Shown one piece after another: positions 12,058 through 30,592 of a DNA stretch of 64,000 nucleotides. The notes beneath the pieces were generated by a model. The model searched no databases and was not told the DNA's origin. It saw only the letters and a program-made list of their open reading frames with translations. The stretch's first letter is position 1. Each line of letters starts with the position of its first letter. A program made the translations under genes and the position numbers. The stretch comes from a virus. The stretch is from the IMG/VR virus record IMGVR_UViG_3300045988_176782, positions 32,001-96,000 of that record. One strand, 5' to 3'.

Positions 12058-15000
12058 TTACCTCCGAGAAACACTGCGACTTGAGGATTTCGCAGCAATA
12101 GAATACATACGGTCCATAATGTCATTGGAGATGTCTTCAATGTCATAAGAATCGTTAAGCTTCGCGACGGAGATTTGAATGGCTCCATCGGAAATGTTGA
12201 TAGAGTTAGAGTTTGAAGTTGTATAATTTTGAGAAGCAAGATTACCAGCAAAAGAATCGTAATGAGCTTTTAAGACATTTACAAAGTCAGGATTCTTTTG
12301 AGTAAAGGCAACAAGTTGTTCTAAGCCGCGAGTCTGATTAGCATTTAAGATATATTCAGGATTTTGGGGAGTGCCATGTAACATTGCTAATCCAGTTTCA
12401 GAATTCATACCACCTGTAGAATATCCACGAATTTTTTTCTATATAGAATTAATACGTGCTCTACCTACAGTAGTTTTTTTATCATCAGCTTTAGCAGACG
12501 TTCTTGTGCCAGTCCCATTTTTAGTAAGTCCCTCTGCTGCTAATTTCTTGGCATCTGCATAAGAAACTGTAACTGTTTCACCAGAAATCATCGTTACTTT
12601 ACGATTAGAACCAGAGCCAAAAGAAGACTTACTAGAAGAGCTACTTCCACCAGAAGATCCACTAGAACTTCCACTACCAGAACTATTATTAGTCTAATTC
12701 TTTGCTTTCTCATTATCCTCGCGACGTTTCTTTTCTTGAGCAATATGTTCAAAGAAACTTTGTTCCGCTAAACGAGAAGCCTCTTTCTAAGCCGCAGCAA
12801 TCTATTCATCAGAACTTTGACCATTAATGTTCTTAAGCATATAAGAATTATAAGTGTCTAAGTAATCTCTATCCCACCCCATGCGGGTTGCGGCATCAAC
12901 GGAATCATAAACATTCTTATAGCCTTCTTTCCACTTAGAAGCGTCACTTGTGTTACCCTTTAATGTTTCAAAAGCAGGTTCAGCATACTTATTAGAAAGC
13001 ATAGTAGAACGTTCGTTTTCACTATATAAGCCAATCTTGAATGCCCATTCTTCTAGCATTTTCTTTTGTTCTAAGTTTGCTTTTTCTAAGAAACTATCCG
13101 CGCCAGCACCACTTAAGAAATCAAGCATAAAGGCGTTACCCTAATCCATGATTTCATAAACCTTAGTCCATAATATGCCATTTTCTTTTTCGTAATCTAA
13201 AGTATCTTGAAGTAATTGGACTTGCTGTTCCATTAGTTCAGTTTGCTTAGTATTGGCATCCTTAATAACCTCAAGCGCATCTTCTTGCTTTTGGAAGTAT
13301 TCGTCTTTTAGCTTTTCACTAATAGTTTTTTCTAAGTTCTAAATCTCACTTGCACTACCGCCACTACGACGAAGTAGAGAAAGTTGTCGTTGTAAGGTTT
13401 CCCGTTCAGCAATGTTTTGATTAGTAGAATATTGATTCTTTTCTTTCGTGATTGCATTTTGAATTGAATCAGCGTATGCTTTGTTCGCGTCGGTAATAAG
13501 TTTATTGGATTCTTTTAAATCTTTAATGACTTTTTCCTTAACTTGAACAATTGCATCATAAATCATTTGGCTAACTTCAATTTCATTATCACGAATTTCA
13601 TCATTAACTTTTTGAATTTCTTCTGCTAAGCTTTCTAATTTTTCCTCTGTCTCTTGTACAGAATCACGAAGACCATCATAATCATCAATTGGTTCTTGCA
13701 AAGCACTAAAGAATTCTTGAACATACTCTTCATCTGTCCATTCTTTCTTAGTGTATTCGCCATTACCAACTGTTTTACCGTTTTCATCTTCGGTTTGACC
13801 TTCTTCCCAAGTGAAGCCGCGTTTAAATTGACCATTAGTTACTTTCTCAATCCAAGCAACCTAATCTTTAATGGTATAGCGTTCAGGATTATCGCCCATA
13901 TCATTAAGTTCTTGTAAAACTTCAAGGGCGCCTTTACCACCATTAGTCTCATTGCCTTCAACATATTGTAATACGCCATCTGCGCCAACTTTATAGAACT
14001 TGCTAATCCAGTTGGAAGAATCATTAATTGCGTCAGCTTGACGCTTTAATTCATCTTGTTGATAACGGTACAAATCACGTTGAGTATTGAGTTGGTCTTC
14101 AAGTAAAGCTTGACTTTCTTTTAGATTGCGGAGATAAGCGGCACCTTGGTCAAAACCTTTAGAGAGATTATTGCGTTGCGCAACAAGAGTATTGATGCGA
14201 TTCTCAAGATCAACAATTTGTCTTGAAAGGTTATACCATTCTTGTAAATCTGCAATATAAGGTTTGAGGCTGGCGTTCTTTCCACTACCGCCACCTCCAC
14301 CTCCCCCGTCGCCACCAAGCATATCGGCAGCAGATAGAGAGTTAAGTAGATTTGTCCAAATTGATTTTGCACGACGAACTGCAGCAAGAGCAGAACCAAT
14401 ACCACCAGCATAAGCATTACCTTCAACAAGAGCATTTCCACTATACATTGAAGCACGTTTATAGGCAGCATTAAGTTGAGTGCCACGAATTTTATCAACC
14501 TTTCCATCAATAATACCTTGAGTTTGAAGATGATTAAAAACGATTGCATCAGAAGGCAGATTTACAAATTCTGCGCCATCTTCGCCAAGTAGATGATATT
14601 TATTATCATAAACTGCTAACTCCGGGCCAAGTTCGCCAACAAGAGTTTTACCTGCCAAAGCAGCACCATAAATTTGACCATTTACAAGAGCTTTACCATC
14701 TACATTGCCTGTATAATATGGCAAGTCGACATTTAAACCTGCACCACTCGGTGCAAGAGGCTTCCCACCAGTTTTTTTAACACTAACTGTGCCAGTGAAA
14801 CTGGTATTTACACTTTTAGGAATTTCAGCAATGATTTTTTTAACTCGTTCTACAACTGAAATTATATTCCCTACTATACCACTAAAAGAAGTCTCATGAC
14901 TTGAAGGAACAGATTCAACAGAACTAGTAATATCTTTTGCAGTTTTATCTACATTTTCATCTTTTGCAGAAAAAGTGGTTTCTACTGTAGCGTTTTCTGC

Positions 15001-18000
15001 ACTCATATTTCCAAGTAAGAACTACAAAGCAGAAGAAATTAAATCAATACCATTAATTGTAAAGTTAACGTTGATGTCTTTATTTTTTCCTGCAATAGCG
15101 TCTAACTCACCTGCGACCTTATCTAACTTACTTTCTGCTATTCCAGCATTAGAAGCAATTGTAGCAATTGAAGCTGCGACAACAGCTAAGCCTAAAGCAG
15201 AAGTAGAAATAGTAGATAATGCAGTAGAAATTGCATTTAAAGGCTCAGCATCTAAATTAGAAAAATCTAATTTAAAAGCGTCGCCAGACATTAGGTCAGA
15301 AATGGACTGTAGAGTGGCAACAATTTTATTTAGACTGACTTCAACAGAATCAAAAACAGTATAAGTAACATTACCAGTATCAGAAATAGTTATTGGCTTT
15401 CCTAAGTCCTTAGTAAGCTAATCTTCTGCTTCCTTCCTTAATTCATCAGAAAGAGGAGCGCCATTGGGACCTTCAACCTTAAGCTATCCTTCTTCTACAG
15501 TAAGTGTAATTGTACCAAAAGGAGGCGGGATAGTTTCGTCAGTACCAGTACCAGTTATATCAGCAATTTTTCTTTCTATTTTTGTGCCAATTCTATAAGT
15601 TACTGTTTCTTCACCGACATCTACAATATAAGATTGGTCAGATTCTAAAGAAGCGCCATAAACGGAATTAAGATAATCTTCTATGGTTGCACGATTGCTC
15701 TTATCTTTATTAATATAATCAACTAAATTTTCTCCTGTTAATTCATTGCCTTTATCGTCAACTAATATTAAACCACCAGGAGTTAATTTAATTTGTCTAT
15801 CAACGGTAGCCTCGCCATCTTTTAGCTTAATATTACTAATAGCTTTTCCGCCAGCTTCTGAAAGCATTTTAGAATACTATTCAAAATTGGCTTGTTGATC
15901 TAACAGCTTGGCAAATTTTGTAGGATCGCCAAATAAATCTAAGAAAAACTACTGTGCCTTAGCGGGATCTGTGAAGATAGCTTTGCCATCTTTAAATTCC
16001 CATTCAAGACCGGCTTTGCGCATGTCAGAAGCAAGTAAATCAAGCATTCCTTGAATGCCTTCCGCACCTAAATCTGACATTGTAACAAAGAAATCACTAC
16101 CAATTAAAAACTTCTCTGGATTAAATTTGCCGTCTGTGAAGAACATTGATTCAAAAAATTTATCTTCATCAAAACCAAAGTTCTAACCAAAAGTATTTAA
16201 TCTGTTAGCAATATCTGTTAAACCAGCATTACCTTTATCCCAAGCTACTCCTAAAACAAACTATAGTTCTTTTTTAACATCTTCATTGTCTTTGTTGGCA
16301 TTCCAGAAATCAACTAAATCACGGTAAGTTTCAATTGTCTCGCCTTTTCCATCCCCATCAACATCAATTCCGATGCCTAAGTTAAGCTTAACATCACCAA
16401 TATCTTCCAGTGATTGCATGGCAAGAAGCATTTGTTCTATACCATTTAAATAATCAATTTGTTGTTTAGCAACCTCTTTTAGGCCATCAGTCATTCCGGT
16501 TGCCATAGAAGATGCCGCGGCGCTAATATCAATCCCAACATCAACGAAGCCTTTTGCGTCAACTTTACCAATAGTCTCACTGGCAGCAACGACCTTATTG
16601 GCCCAATCTTGAATAGTCTGTCCAGATTTAAGCCATTCATCCTATCCAACATTACTTAAGAAAGAACCTGCTTGACCTAATCTATCAATTTGGTCAATAA
16701 TATTATAAAAATCCTTAACTCCCATTTCACCGCTTTTTGCAAAGCTTTGAAGGGAGCTCTTAAAGGTATCAATGTTATCAACTAATTGCGTCCAATGTTC
16801 TTGTTGTCTATTTGCAAATGGGTCTTGGCCCATAAAATCAAATTCAGCACTATCAGCAGATTCTTTCGCTGCGGATGCAGCAGCTTGAAGAGCCTGAGCA
16901 TAGCTCCACGCTTCTTGCGCTGCTTCACCAGTAGCGTCTCCCATAGCTTGAGCAGCGGCAAACGCTTCTTTTGCTGCATCTTCGGCATCTTGATAACTCT
17001 TATATAAAGGATTGTCAGAATCTTGCCACAAATTCCATAGTTCTTGGCCAAACTCGCCAACACCAGTTAAGCCAAAAGTATCTTGAACTTGGCGGCTCAT
17101 TTTTGCAATTAAAGCCTGTTGATTTTGAGAACCTAAAGTAATACCTTTGTAAGAAGAAATATTACCACGAGAATTTAATCCATATTGTTTTGCTAAAGAA
17201 AAGAATTCAGAATTAGTTAATTCACCAGAAATGCCTTTTCCTAATGCGTCAAGATTAGAAGAAAGAGAGTCACGAATAGCATCTAAGATAAGTTGAATAA
17301 TTTCAGTATATTTTTCTTGAACAATAGAAGCATCAATTGTACCAGCAGATACCGCTAAATCCATCTAACCTACAAGATAATTTAAAATACTTTCCAAACT
17401 ACCAGAAGTTAAAGTTGCGATTGCTTCCTGAGTTTGACGTAAGCCCATCTTATCTAATAAGCTTTGAGCATCACTTACACTCATCTTTTCGCCAGAAGCA
17501 GCTTGTTCTAAAGCAGAACTTACAGAAGACATATAATCTTCCGTTGCAGCTTGAACGGAAATCTTGGCTTGTTCAATTATTCTCTCACTATATGCTTGCG
17601 CGCCAGCAACATCACTAATACTGGATAGATTTTCTTCAAGTTTTCCAACATTTAGACGATACTTGCCATCTTCGCCAAGTTGTAAAGCATTATGATAATA
17701 TTGGCTAACTTTTTCACCAAAGGTAAGATAAATGTCTGCTAAAGCATCAACTAAGTCAGAAGCAGAGATACCTTCTGCACTTGTTGAAAGTTTTTCATAA
17801 GCAGAATCTAAACCTTCAATTTGGTCAGTAGTATATTCTTTAGCAATATCAGAAAAGCCTTCACCAAACTAATTAACTATCCCATCATAATCTAATGCAC
17901 GCTTAAATGCAGCAGAAGCAGTAGATTTAGCATCAGAATAAGAAATATCATGATCTGTAAGAGCTTCACGTGTTTTGGTTAATAATGAATTTACCGCGCC

Positions 18001-21000
18001 TTGAAGATCATTTTGGACATCTTTTAAAAATTCTTGAACTTTATTCTTATATTCGCCTTCATCAAGTTTATCTATGTCTGCTTGAGTGAATTCACCAGAA
18101 ATGATGTCAGCGGAAGTAGAGAGAACACTTTGTAAACGATAAACATAAGATTCTAAAATATTATCTGCCCAGCGTTCTGGGTCTTGAATATTAGATTTCT
18201 CAGCTATCGTGATTAAGCCATTTTTGCGAGACTGCGCCCAAGTCTCAGTTTGCTGGCCACTTAAAATATCTTCTAAGAAAGTTTGTTCATCTTGAGTTAA
18301 ATTTTTGTAAACATCAGTTCCTAATGCACTTTCAATGTCGGCCTAAGTAATATTTTTTTCAGCAGAAGACTCAGCCAAATCTTTCGCAGCAGATAATAAA
18401 CTATCAGAAGTAGATTGAAGAGTATTAACAAAAAGTTGCACAATTGTATCAACTGCAGATTGTTCAATTCCTGGTATTTGCGTTAAAATATCTTTAAAAT
18501 CGTTTTCAGTTAACTTTACATCGCCAAAAGCGTTAGTAGCAATTTCAGGTAATGAGTCAATTTGTTCCTTACTTAGTCCTGCCGTAGCTAATGCATTTTT
18601 TAAAGACTCAAGAGTTAACTGTCCACCTTGTGCTAAACTTTTAAAAGTGTCAGTTATCTCGAAACCCTCAAGAGTTTTTTCTCCAAAATGCTCAGAAAGC
18701 GCTAAATCAGCTTCTAATTTTTTAGTTCTATATTCTAATTGAGCATTAATTGTATCGCTAAAAGTGTTATTTAGATATTCTAAATACGCAGTAGCCTTAG
18801 TAGAATCAGTTGCATCTTCTGTTTCAGCTACTTTCTTAAAGGTTTGTTCAGCTTCATTTAATAAGTTAGAATCTTTACCTAATAAAGAAGTCAATAACAT
18901 ATCTGCAGCAGAAGAATACTATGCAATCAATTGTGTACTTTCTGCTTGTTTAGAAAGTTCTTGTTCTTGCTCCTCCAAACTCTAAATAGTAGAATCATAA
19001 TACCCTTCAACTTCAAGAGAAGTTCTATTACGCTCTATGCCTTCGCGAGTTTTATTTAAAGCTTCTTCACGTTTTTTAATATCATCAGCACTTAAATTAT
19101 CAGATTCATTAATAAGTGTAATCTAATCATCAATATAACCAGAATATTCTTCTTGCCAATTATCAAAATCTTTAGATAAAACTTTATTTAAAGTTTCTGC
19201 CGCGCCTATATAAGTGTAAGTACCTTTATCAAAATCAAAGAAATTAGTATCAGCTAAAGAAACCCCCAATTTTTTTGCAAGTTTCTAAGCTTCGCTAAAA
19301 TCCATCTAAGAAGAAACGATATCAAATTCTTTAATAGTATCATCCATTTTTTCGGCTATGCCGTCAACAAAAGCATTAATAGATGTTACCATATTTTCAG
19401 CATAAGGAGCCATTTCATTTAAGCCAGAACTCTTAATTGCTGTTTCGTCGATACCAGCTCTCTTTAACTACTCTTTAGCTTCTTTAATACCAGAATGAGA
19501 AGTTAAGTCCGCTTCAGCAATGATGTTAACTGCCTTTTCTCCCTATTGCGCGGCCCAAGACCAAAGTGTATCTTGAGCTTGCATTAATTCGCTTGCTTTT
19601 GCAGAAGTCATTCTGCCAGATACAACCTAATCACGAAGTTGCTTAGCATAAGAAGTGATTACAGATTGATAAATTTGTGGGACATTTTGACTTAAAGAAT
19701 TGGCTACTTCGCCAAAACCGTGTGCTGTCAAAGCTTTAGAGGTTAAATCAGCTACTTTAGAAAATTCTTCTTCGTAGGTTGCAGAAAATGCTTCAGGAAG
19801 TTTAATTCCTAAGTCTTCTATTTGACTTAAAAATTGTTGATAAGTAGTCTTTCCAGCGATGAGTCTTTGAACTGCATCATTATAATTGTCAACTTCACCT
19901 AATGTGACTAAAGAATCATATAGCCCAGAAATGGTAGAATCTAAATCTTCTAAACCATTATCAATAGTTGTATCATCTAATTTACTCCAATCGCCGTCTG
20001 CCCAACGAAGCAAGATTTTAGAAACAACTTCATCTGCACCGGTCAATTGCTCATAAGCTTGGCCGATTAAATCTCCTTCTAAAATTCTGTCCTAAATTTT
20101 AGAAGTAATTTGTGCTTGTGCAATTTTCGGTTCAGTAGTTTCAATAACAGCTTTTTGAGTGGCAATTTTCTATTCTAATATATTAGACTATTCGATGAAA
20201 TCTCGCCAAGAAGATGCAGAAGAACCTTTAATAATTGCTCTTGTATCCTAATCACGGTATTTATCTTTAATGGCATAAACGCCCGCGGATTTTAATAGTT
20301 CTAAGAAGTCTCCATAAAAACCTGCATTAGTATTATTATAACTTTTCTCGAAGAAATCATGAACAGCTTGATTATTAAAATCTAATATTTTAGTAATATT
20401 ATATTTTATTGCTGAGGCGGAAGAATATTTTCCATTATTAGTCTTTTTGAAAATAGGAATTTCTTCCGCAGAACTATAACCTAATTGTGCCGCAGTTGCA
20501 TTCCATTCTTCATTATTGGTAGGCAAACGAACAGAATTTACACCAGGCCCATAAGCACGTCGGGTTCCTAATAATTCTTCTTGCTCTGCTTCATATTTAG
20601 CTAAATCTTTCTAAGCTTTTTTTAACTCTGCTTTTGCAGAATCAATTGTAACCTGAGCGCTTTGCTTACGAGCAGCCGCCAAAGTGTTCTCAGCACTTGT
20701 TAAATCAATTATAGCATTTCCAGCAGCATCAAAAGAAGCACTTAATTCTGGTACAGATTCAAATAAAGAATTATTTGCATCAATCCATTCTTTACGAGCT
20801 TCTTCACTATCATATTGAGTGCTTTGTAAAGATTTAAGCTTTTCAATACCTTCTTCTAGTGTAGAAACTTTTTGTTTTGCTTCCGCTCGTTTCAAATTAG
20901 CTTCGTCATATTTCTCTGTAGCTTTTTGAGCTTCTTCTTGAGCTTTTTCTACTTTAGAAGGAATTGAGGAAATAAAACTAATTAAACCACCTAAGGCCCC

Positions 21001-24000
21001 TACTGCAATACCAATAGGACCCGCGGCACCAGCTAAGGTAGGGATTGCTGAAGCTAAAATAGATGCTGTAGAACCGATAGATAAAGCGTTACCAGCACCT
21101 GAAAATGCCGCGCCTAAAGTCTGATTACTTTTTGCAGCGTAAGATCCTATTGCAGAAAGAACACCGCCACCAACTTGGGCACCGATTAAAAGGCCACGAT
21201 GCTATTGAGCGAAAGTCAAATTCTAAGTAGAACCACCTTGACTATCAGTAATAGGCATCCACTACATTTTACCTGTTTGTGGATTCTAACTTACTTGCCA
21301 ACTGGTGGGAACATTTGACTAAGTTTGTACTCTAACGCCATTAGCAAATGATTGAGCGTTAGTTTTTCCGCCTTCTTCGCTAACAGTACGCATATTTTCT
21401 AACATACTTTTGTAGTTCATACGAACTTCACCAAAAGCATTAGCAAATGCACTTATACCTAAACTACCAATTAATTTAATAGCAGAAATAATTCCTGCTA
21501 CATTTAATAATGCAGTAGGTTTAGAAAGTTTGTTAAATCCTTCTAATACTGAATTTAAACCATCAAGAAAACCCTTAAAAAAGTCTCCATTGAAAATATC
21601 CATGTAAAATTGTTGGAAACTTGTTTTTAAATTTGCTTGCTTACTTTCCAAACTTTCCAAAGTTTTACTATATTGAATTAATCCCGCATCTTCTGAATCT
21701 TCTGCGGCGGTTGCAACTTCGCGTAAGCGCTTGCCATTACTGACCAGAGCGATAAAACGGGACTATTGACGGTTACCTGCTGCAATAGTTGCAACATAGC
21801 GTTGAGAACTCTTATCTAAAGTATCCCATTTATCAGCTAATTCAAAGATTACATCGTCAAAATCTCTAAATTGGCCTTGGGTATCCAGCAAAGAAACGCC
21901 AACAGAAGCAAGAGCAGTTTGGACTTTGTTTACATCTATAAGTTCGCCGTCTTCGTCAAAAGCGGAACCTTTCTTCATCTCGCCAAAACGGGAGATAATA
22001 CTCTTAAGGGCGGAACCAATGTTTTCCCTTTATGTTACGAAAAGATTCGCTATATCTTTCCTTCTACAGGCTTTCCCTGTAGAGCAGACTATATATTCAT
22101 CCTTGTTTTACAAGGCGGGAGCCTTTTCAGACCGCTTGGCCTTACGAGAGCGTAACTCTCTAGTCGTTGAACCTTCTTCTTGCGAAGCTTGGCTGCGGGT
22201 TAAGCAATCTTTAACTTTTTTACTGTACCAAAGCCACTACACTTTGCCGCATATTTTTGATATGTTTAGTAGTCAAAGCTCTAAGCCTTTCCCCGTCAAT
22301 TAAACTCCATTCATATTAAGGATTGCTCCTTAACGACCCTAATTCAAGAAACCTTGAAATTTAAGGACTTTCACGCGTTGCCTCTACCATAGTAGCGATC
22401 ATCGCGGTTGTATTTTCAAAACTACTACCAACGTTTGCTGCGCCGGAAGCAGTTTTAGACATGGCTTCAATTAAGTCTTGCGTATCAGACGCAGTTTTCG
22501 CAGCTACATTACTGTAAACATCCGTAACATGAGCTGCGTCAGTCATATCCATGTTGAACGCACGAATAGCTACAGTCATACCATCTGCAGCATCACTGTA
22601 AGAAATACCAGCAATACGAGCCATCTTTAATGTCTCGGTTGTTGTTGCCATTACATCCGCAGTTCCCAAGCCTTGTTGGTAATAAAGTTGTGTTACTTCA
22701 TAAACACCTTGGGTAGTTACACCATATTGTTTTGCGATGGCCATATAATCATTAATTTGGCCCCATAAATCCTCAACACTAAAATCAGTAACTACCGCAA
22801 TGTTAGTCATTGCTTTATCAAGATTTTGAATATCATTATAAGCTTCGCGGATACCCTATCTAATATAACTTACAATTTCTCTGGCACCCATCCAACGAGC
22901 AATAGACATTTGTAAATTACGCTTAAACATTTCTGCTTCATTTTGAGCTTGCTATGCCGCAGCGTTAAGGTCACCTTGTGCACGTAAATTATCTTCTGTT
23001 CCAGTACGATAATCTCTAATATTAGAATCAATACTCGTTGCGCCGCCAGTTTTTCTGACGCGAAGAGCATCTTGGTATCCTTGCTATTCTTGAGTTAAAC
23101 TATTTAATTTATCTTGTAATTCTTGTATTGTTTGAGCTTTTAGAATAGTAGAAAGATTCTCAAATTCTGTAGCAAGACTTCGTAAAGAAGGAATTAAAGT
23201 AGAAGTTATGCTAGTAATATCATTTTGGATATTAGCATACTCTTGTTCCTAAGTATTTAACTTCCCCTAATTTGCGCGGATATAAGTGTCTGCTTCATTT
23301 AATTGAGTTTGCGCAGTAGTGTAACGGTCAACGGATTGTTGAACCATAAATTTATTTGCGTAATTACGGCCCCAAGCGCTAACTTTTTGAACTTTCTCTA
23401 CACCTTCAACACCAAGGCCAATTCCATCATTTTCTAATTGAATGGCTTTAGCAATCGCGGCCATAATACTGTCTTTTAAACCAGCAACTGGGCCACTAAT
23501 TACAGATTGAATTTCGGCATTATCAATCTTAAATGCCTGCATCATCTATGTTACTACGTCTCTACCGACATCAGTTAGAGTATTGGAAGATTTATTGTAG
23601 TAATCAGTATTACTTGTAATTTCTTTTTGAATAGAATTAAGAACATTTCTTGCTGTATAATTCGCTGTCAAACCACTAACAGTTGTCGCTTGCGCTATAC
23701 TTGAAGCAAAGCGACTTCTATTATAAGTTTGACTGGTTACACCCATTTCAGTCTAAGCAGAAGTTCGTTTTGTCTATGCTGCAGCCATTCCTTGACGCAA
23801 TGGCGCTAATTTAGCCATAACATCAGATGCTTTTTGCTCTAAACTAGCAAGCTATTTTTCTGCATCACTAATACCAGCTCTAAATGCAGCAGCATTAGCA
23901 CTTAAAGATTTATCTGCATTAAAACCTTTAAGTTTAGTGGCAGTAGCATCTGCCAAAATAGAGCGGCCTGTTCTTCCTTTACCATCGTCATAAGTTTCTA

Positions 24001-24427
24001 AAAACTCTCGGCTATTTTTCTTTGGCTCTGCGCCGCCTTCAACAGCACGCAAATCCTTTTTAATGGCAGAAATTTTATTAGCAAAAGTATTTAAGTCTCG
24101 CTTTTCTGCATCGGTTAAAATAAAATTACTTAATCCCGCGTTTTGGACTTGTCGTGCGGAATTTTGAACGGTATCATAAAAAGATTCAACCTAACGAGTA
24201 GCTTTTTTTAATTGGTTGCTATCCACCATTGGTCCTGCTAATGTGTCAGCAAATTCTTGCGCTTTAGCTTTTAATTGGTCAAGCGTTTTAGACATACTGG
24301 TATACAAAGCAGTGCCAGGATTCATCTAAGCTAATTGAGATTCAAATTGTTGAACAATTTGATCCATTTGCTTTTTATTTGCAACGAAATCAACAGCTAC
24401 TGTATAACTTCTTGGTCCTGTGGCCAT
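12058..24427 (-). CDS. tape measure protein, join(24427..22364,22026..12058), 4,010 aa, ~48 in-frame TAG, one group I intron
   Basis: ATG 24427 follows AAAGGAG. All ORF-track fragments share one frame on each side of the intron. I checked every inter-fragment gap and found no TAA/TGA. The exon junction restores the TP901-type core ...ATMVEATRESP|ENIGSALKSIISRFGEMKKG. Stop TAA 12058-12060. Confidence 0.8.
22027..22363 (-). mobile_element. group I intron, ORF-less (337 nt), in the tape measure gene
   Basis: On the - strand: P AATTGACGGGG, Q AACCCGCAGCC, R GGTTCAACGACTAGA, S GAATATATAGTCTGC. A long P1 places exon U(-1) opposite a G. The intron ends ...CGTAACATAAAGG. A length of 3n+1 explains the frame change between the exons. 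Confidence 0.8.
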
Positions 24428-24449
24428 ATTTCTTCTCAACTCCTTTTAC

Positions 24450-24482
24450 CCAAAAAAATAAGTGCTCCCGAATGGGAGCACA
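24450..24482 (-). terminator. rho-independent terminator/attenuator between the tube-like gene and the tape measure
   Basis: Stem GTGCTCCC (24462-69) / GGGAGCAC (24474-81), followed on the - strand by T7 (24452-58). Confidence 0.65.
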
Positions 24483-24484
24483 TA

Positions 24485-25300
24485 TTATATACCAGAGATG
24501 TCTTCATCAAGATATTGTATTTCGCATACAACATCATCTCTTCCTTCCTTTGTCTCTGGCTACGCTATAACTCTAAAAGTAGACACCATAGGGTCTGCTC
24601 TTTCTCCCATTCTCAAATTAATATTACTCAATATACGAATTTTAGGCATACGCAAATAACCTGTGCGTAGTAAGCCCTCATTCTCATCCTTCATTTGAAA
24701 AGTGGCTTCAAGAGTATATAAATTCGTAAATCTCTCACGATTCATAGAATAAGTTATTATATCTTTTTTATATTCAAAATAATAATCGCACATAATGGTT
24801 TGGTCGGCAAATTCTTTTCCAAAATCAATCTTTAAATTGTCAATTAAAATAGGAAAAATGCGGCCTTGAATATTGTTGAAATCATAAGTAAAGAAAAAGT
24901 TTTTATATTCTATATCATTCAAAATAGGATGATACTTTAAATACCCTTTTCCATTCTCATCCAACATAATAACTTCATTATATGGTAAAATATTGTCGTC
25001 TACTTTATTTAACATATTCGCGCCAAGAAGTAGGTTAAAACTTATTGTATTTATCGTTCCATTAGAAAACGCAAATGTTGTTTCTTGACGGTCCTCCCAA
25101 ATAACGCGAGGTTCATTATGCCAACCGCCACGAGCCATAATAGGGCGGACATTTTCAGAAAGAAGCGCAATTTGTAAGTTATCAAAATAAATGACTGGTT
25201 CGCCTGCTTCAAGTAATCTTTCTCCGAAGGCGACTTCATTTTTTGTTTTTATACAAACGCGCTCAAGATTTTTTATACCAAGTTCTTCAAGAGTGTTCAT
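24485..25300 (-). CDS. tail-tube-like paralogue (271 aa, 1 in-frame TAG)
   Basis: ATG 25300 follows GGAGG. ARGGWHNEPRVIWEDRQETTFAFSNG and GERADPMVSTFRVIA echo AQGGWGNPKLVTWDYGKDINVTLEDA and AEGDPST...FSMTLNVL in the tail tube gene. TAG at 24560. Stop TAA 24485-87. Confidence 0.55.
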
Positions 25301-25316
25301 TATTTACCTCCGAAGA

Positions 25317-25356
25317 TAAAAAAATAAAGGGAGCAGGCGGATTAACGCCCGCTCCC
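25317..25356 (-). terminator. rho-independent terminator after the tail tube gene
   Basis: Stem GGGAGCGGGCG / CGCCTGCTCCC (25329-25356, one G-U pair), followed on the - strand by a T-rich run. Confidence 0.65.
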
Positions 25357-25396
25357 GCGGTTAGTTTCATTTTTAGTGTGCGTAAAGCACTTACCA

Positions 25397-29813
<4,417 letters not shown>

Positions 29814-29827
29814 ATTAAACATCCTCC

Positions 29828-30592
29828 TTATTTAAAAGTCATTGTTTTTATCCAATGAGAGAGTTTGTCTTTTCCTATTTTTGCTCCCGCCATTGCGGCG
29901 CGAGTATTTATATTAAACTCTTCGTGCCAACCCATACGCTTAAGTTGGTCTTGAAAAGCATAATAACTCAATTTCATAACAGATTGAAGCGTATATCCTG
30001 AAGTTCCAATTGGAAGAGAAGCTACCAAATCAGAAAAGTTAATTGTACTTTTATCTGATTTCTTTTGCTTTTCTTTTAGTTCTTTTCGTTTTTTTCTACC
30101 CTCAAGCATTTGGAGCTTTAGCTCTCTTACTTTTTGGGAGTCTGTATCTAAAAACTCTATACGCTCTTCTGAATAATCTTCCATCGCACAAGCTAAACCA
30201 ATATATGTTTGGAAATCATAGAAGTTATCTTTTGTTAAAATGCGTTTTTCAGATGGGTCGCCTAAAATAATACTTGAAGTTTCCAAAGAAATAATAATAG
30301 AATCTTGAGTAAATAAATAAAACGCTTCTTCTAACATTTTCTTTGTTTCTGACTCCATAGAACAAACAAGTAACAAATATTCAAAATCACTTAAATTTTT
30401 TAATACATCATTAACTTCTTTTTCTTCTACAAAAGGTTTCTCAATTAATAATAGAGAAATATCTTTATAAAATTTAGACAAACCAACAGAAATTATATCT
30501 TCTAATATAGGAGAATATATTAAACAAATATCTTTAAAAATTAACGGCTTACCACACAATAAACGCAATTTATCATCATCAATTAAAGTCAT
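29828..30592 (-). CDS. hypothetical structural-module protein (254 aa)
   Basis: Intact ORF with no TAG, immediately upstream of the tail tube gene. Lys/Glu-rich central segment. Function not recognisable. Confidence 0.55.
   Translation of the reverse strand: MTLIDDDKLRLLCGKPLIFKDICLIYSPILEDIISVGLSKFYKDISLLLIEKPFVEEKEVNDVLKNLSDFEYLLLVCSMESETKKMLEEAFYLFTQDSIIISLETSSIILGDPSEKRILTKDNFYDFQTYIGLACAMEDYSEERIEFLDTDSQKVRELKLQMLEGRKKRKELKEKQKKSDKSTINFSDLVASLPIGTSGYTLQSVMKLSYYAFQDQLKRMGWHEEFNINTRAAMAGAKIGKDKLSHWIKTMTFK

Noticed and set aside
22027-22040. The intron 3' ends (TTATGTTAC on the + strand) resemble the early palindrome half-site (TTATGTTAAAC).
   Set aside because: The match is only 8 nt, on opposite functional strands and in different contexts. 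It is probably an AT-rich coincidence, and I cannot support a link.
12371-22303. ORF-track ORFs lie antisense or out of frame within the tape measure (e.g. 12371-12562, 13654-13917, 14121-14549, 14975-15364, 16786-17007, 21871-22155, 21926-22303).
   Set aside because: They overlap a verified 12-kb reading frame or its intron, have low-complexity translations and lack RBSs. They are by-products of AT-rich, biased sequence.
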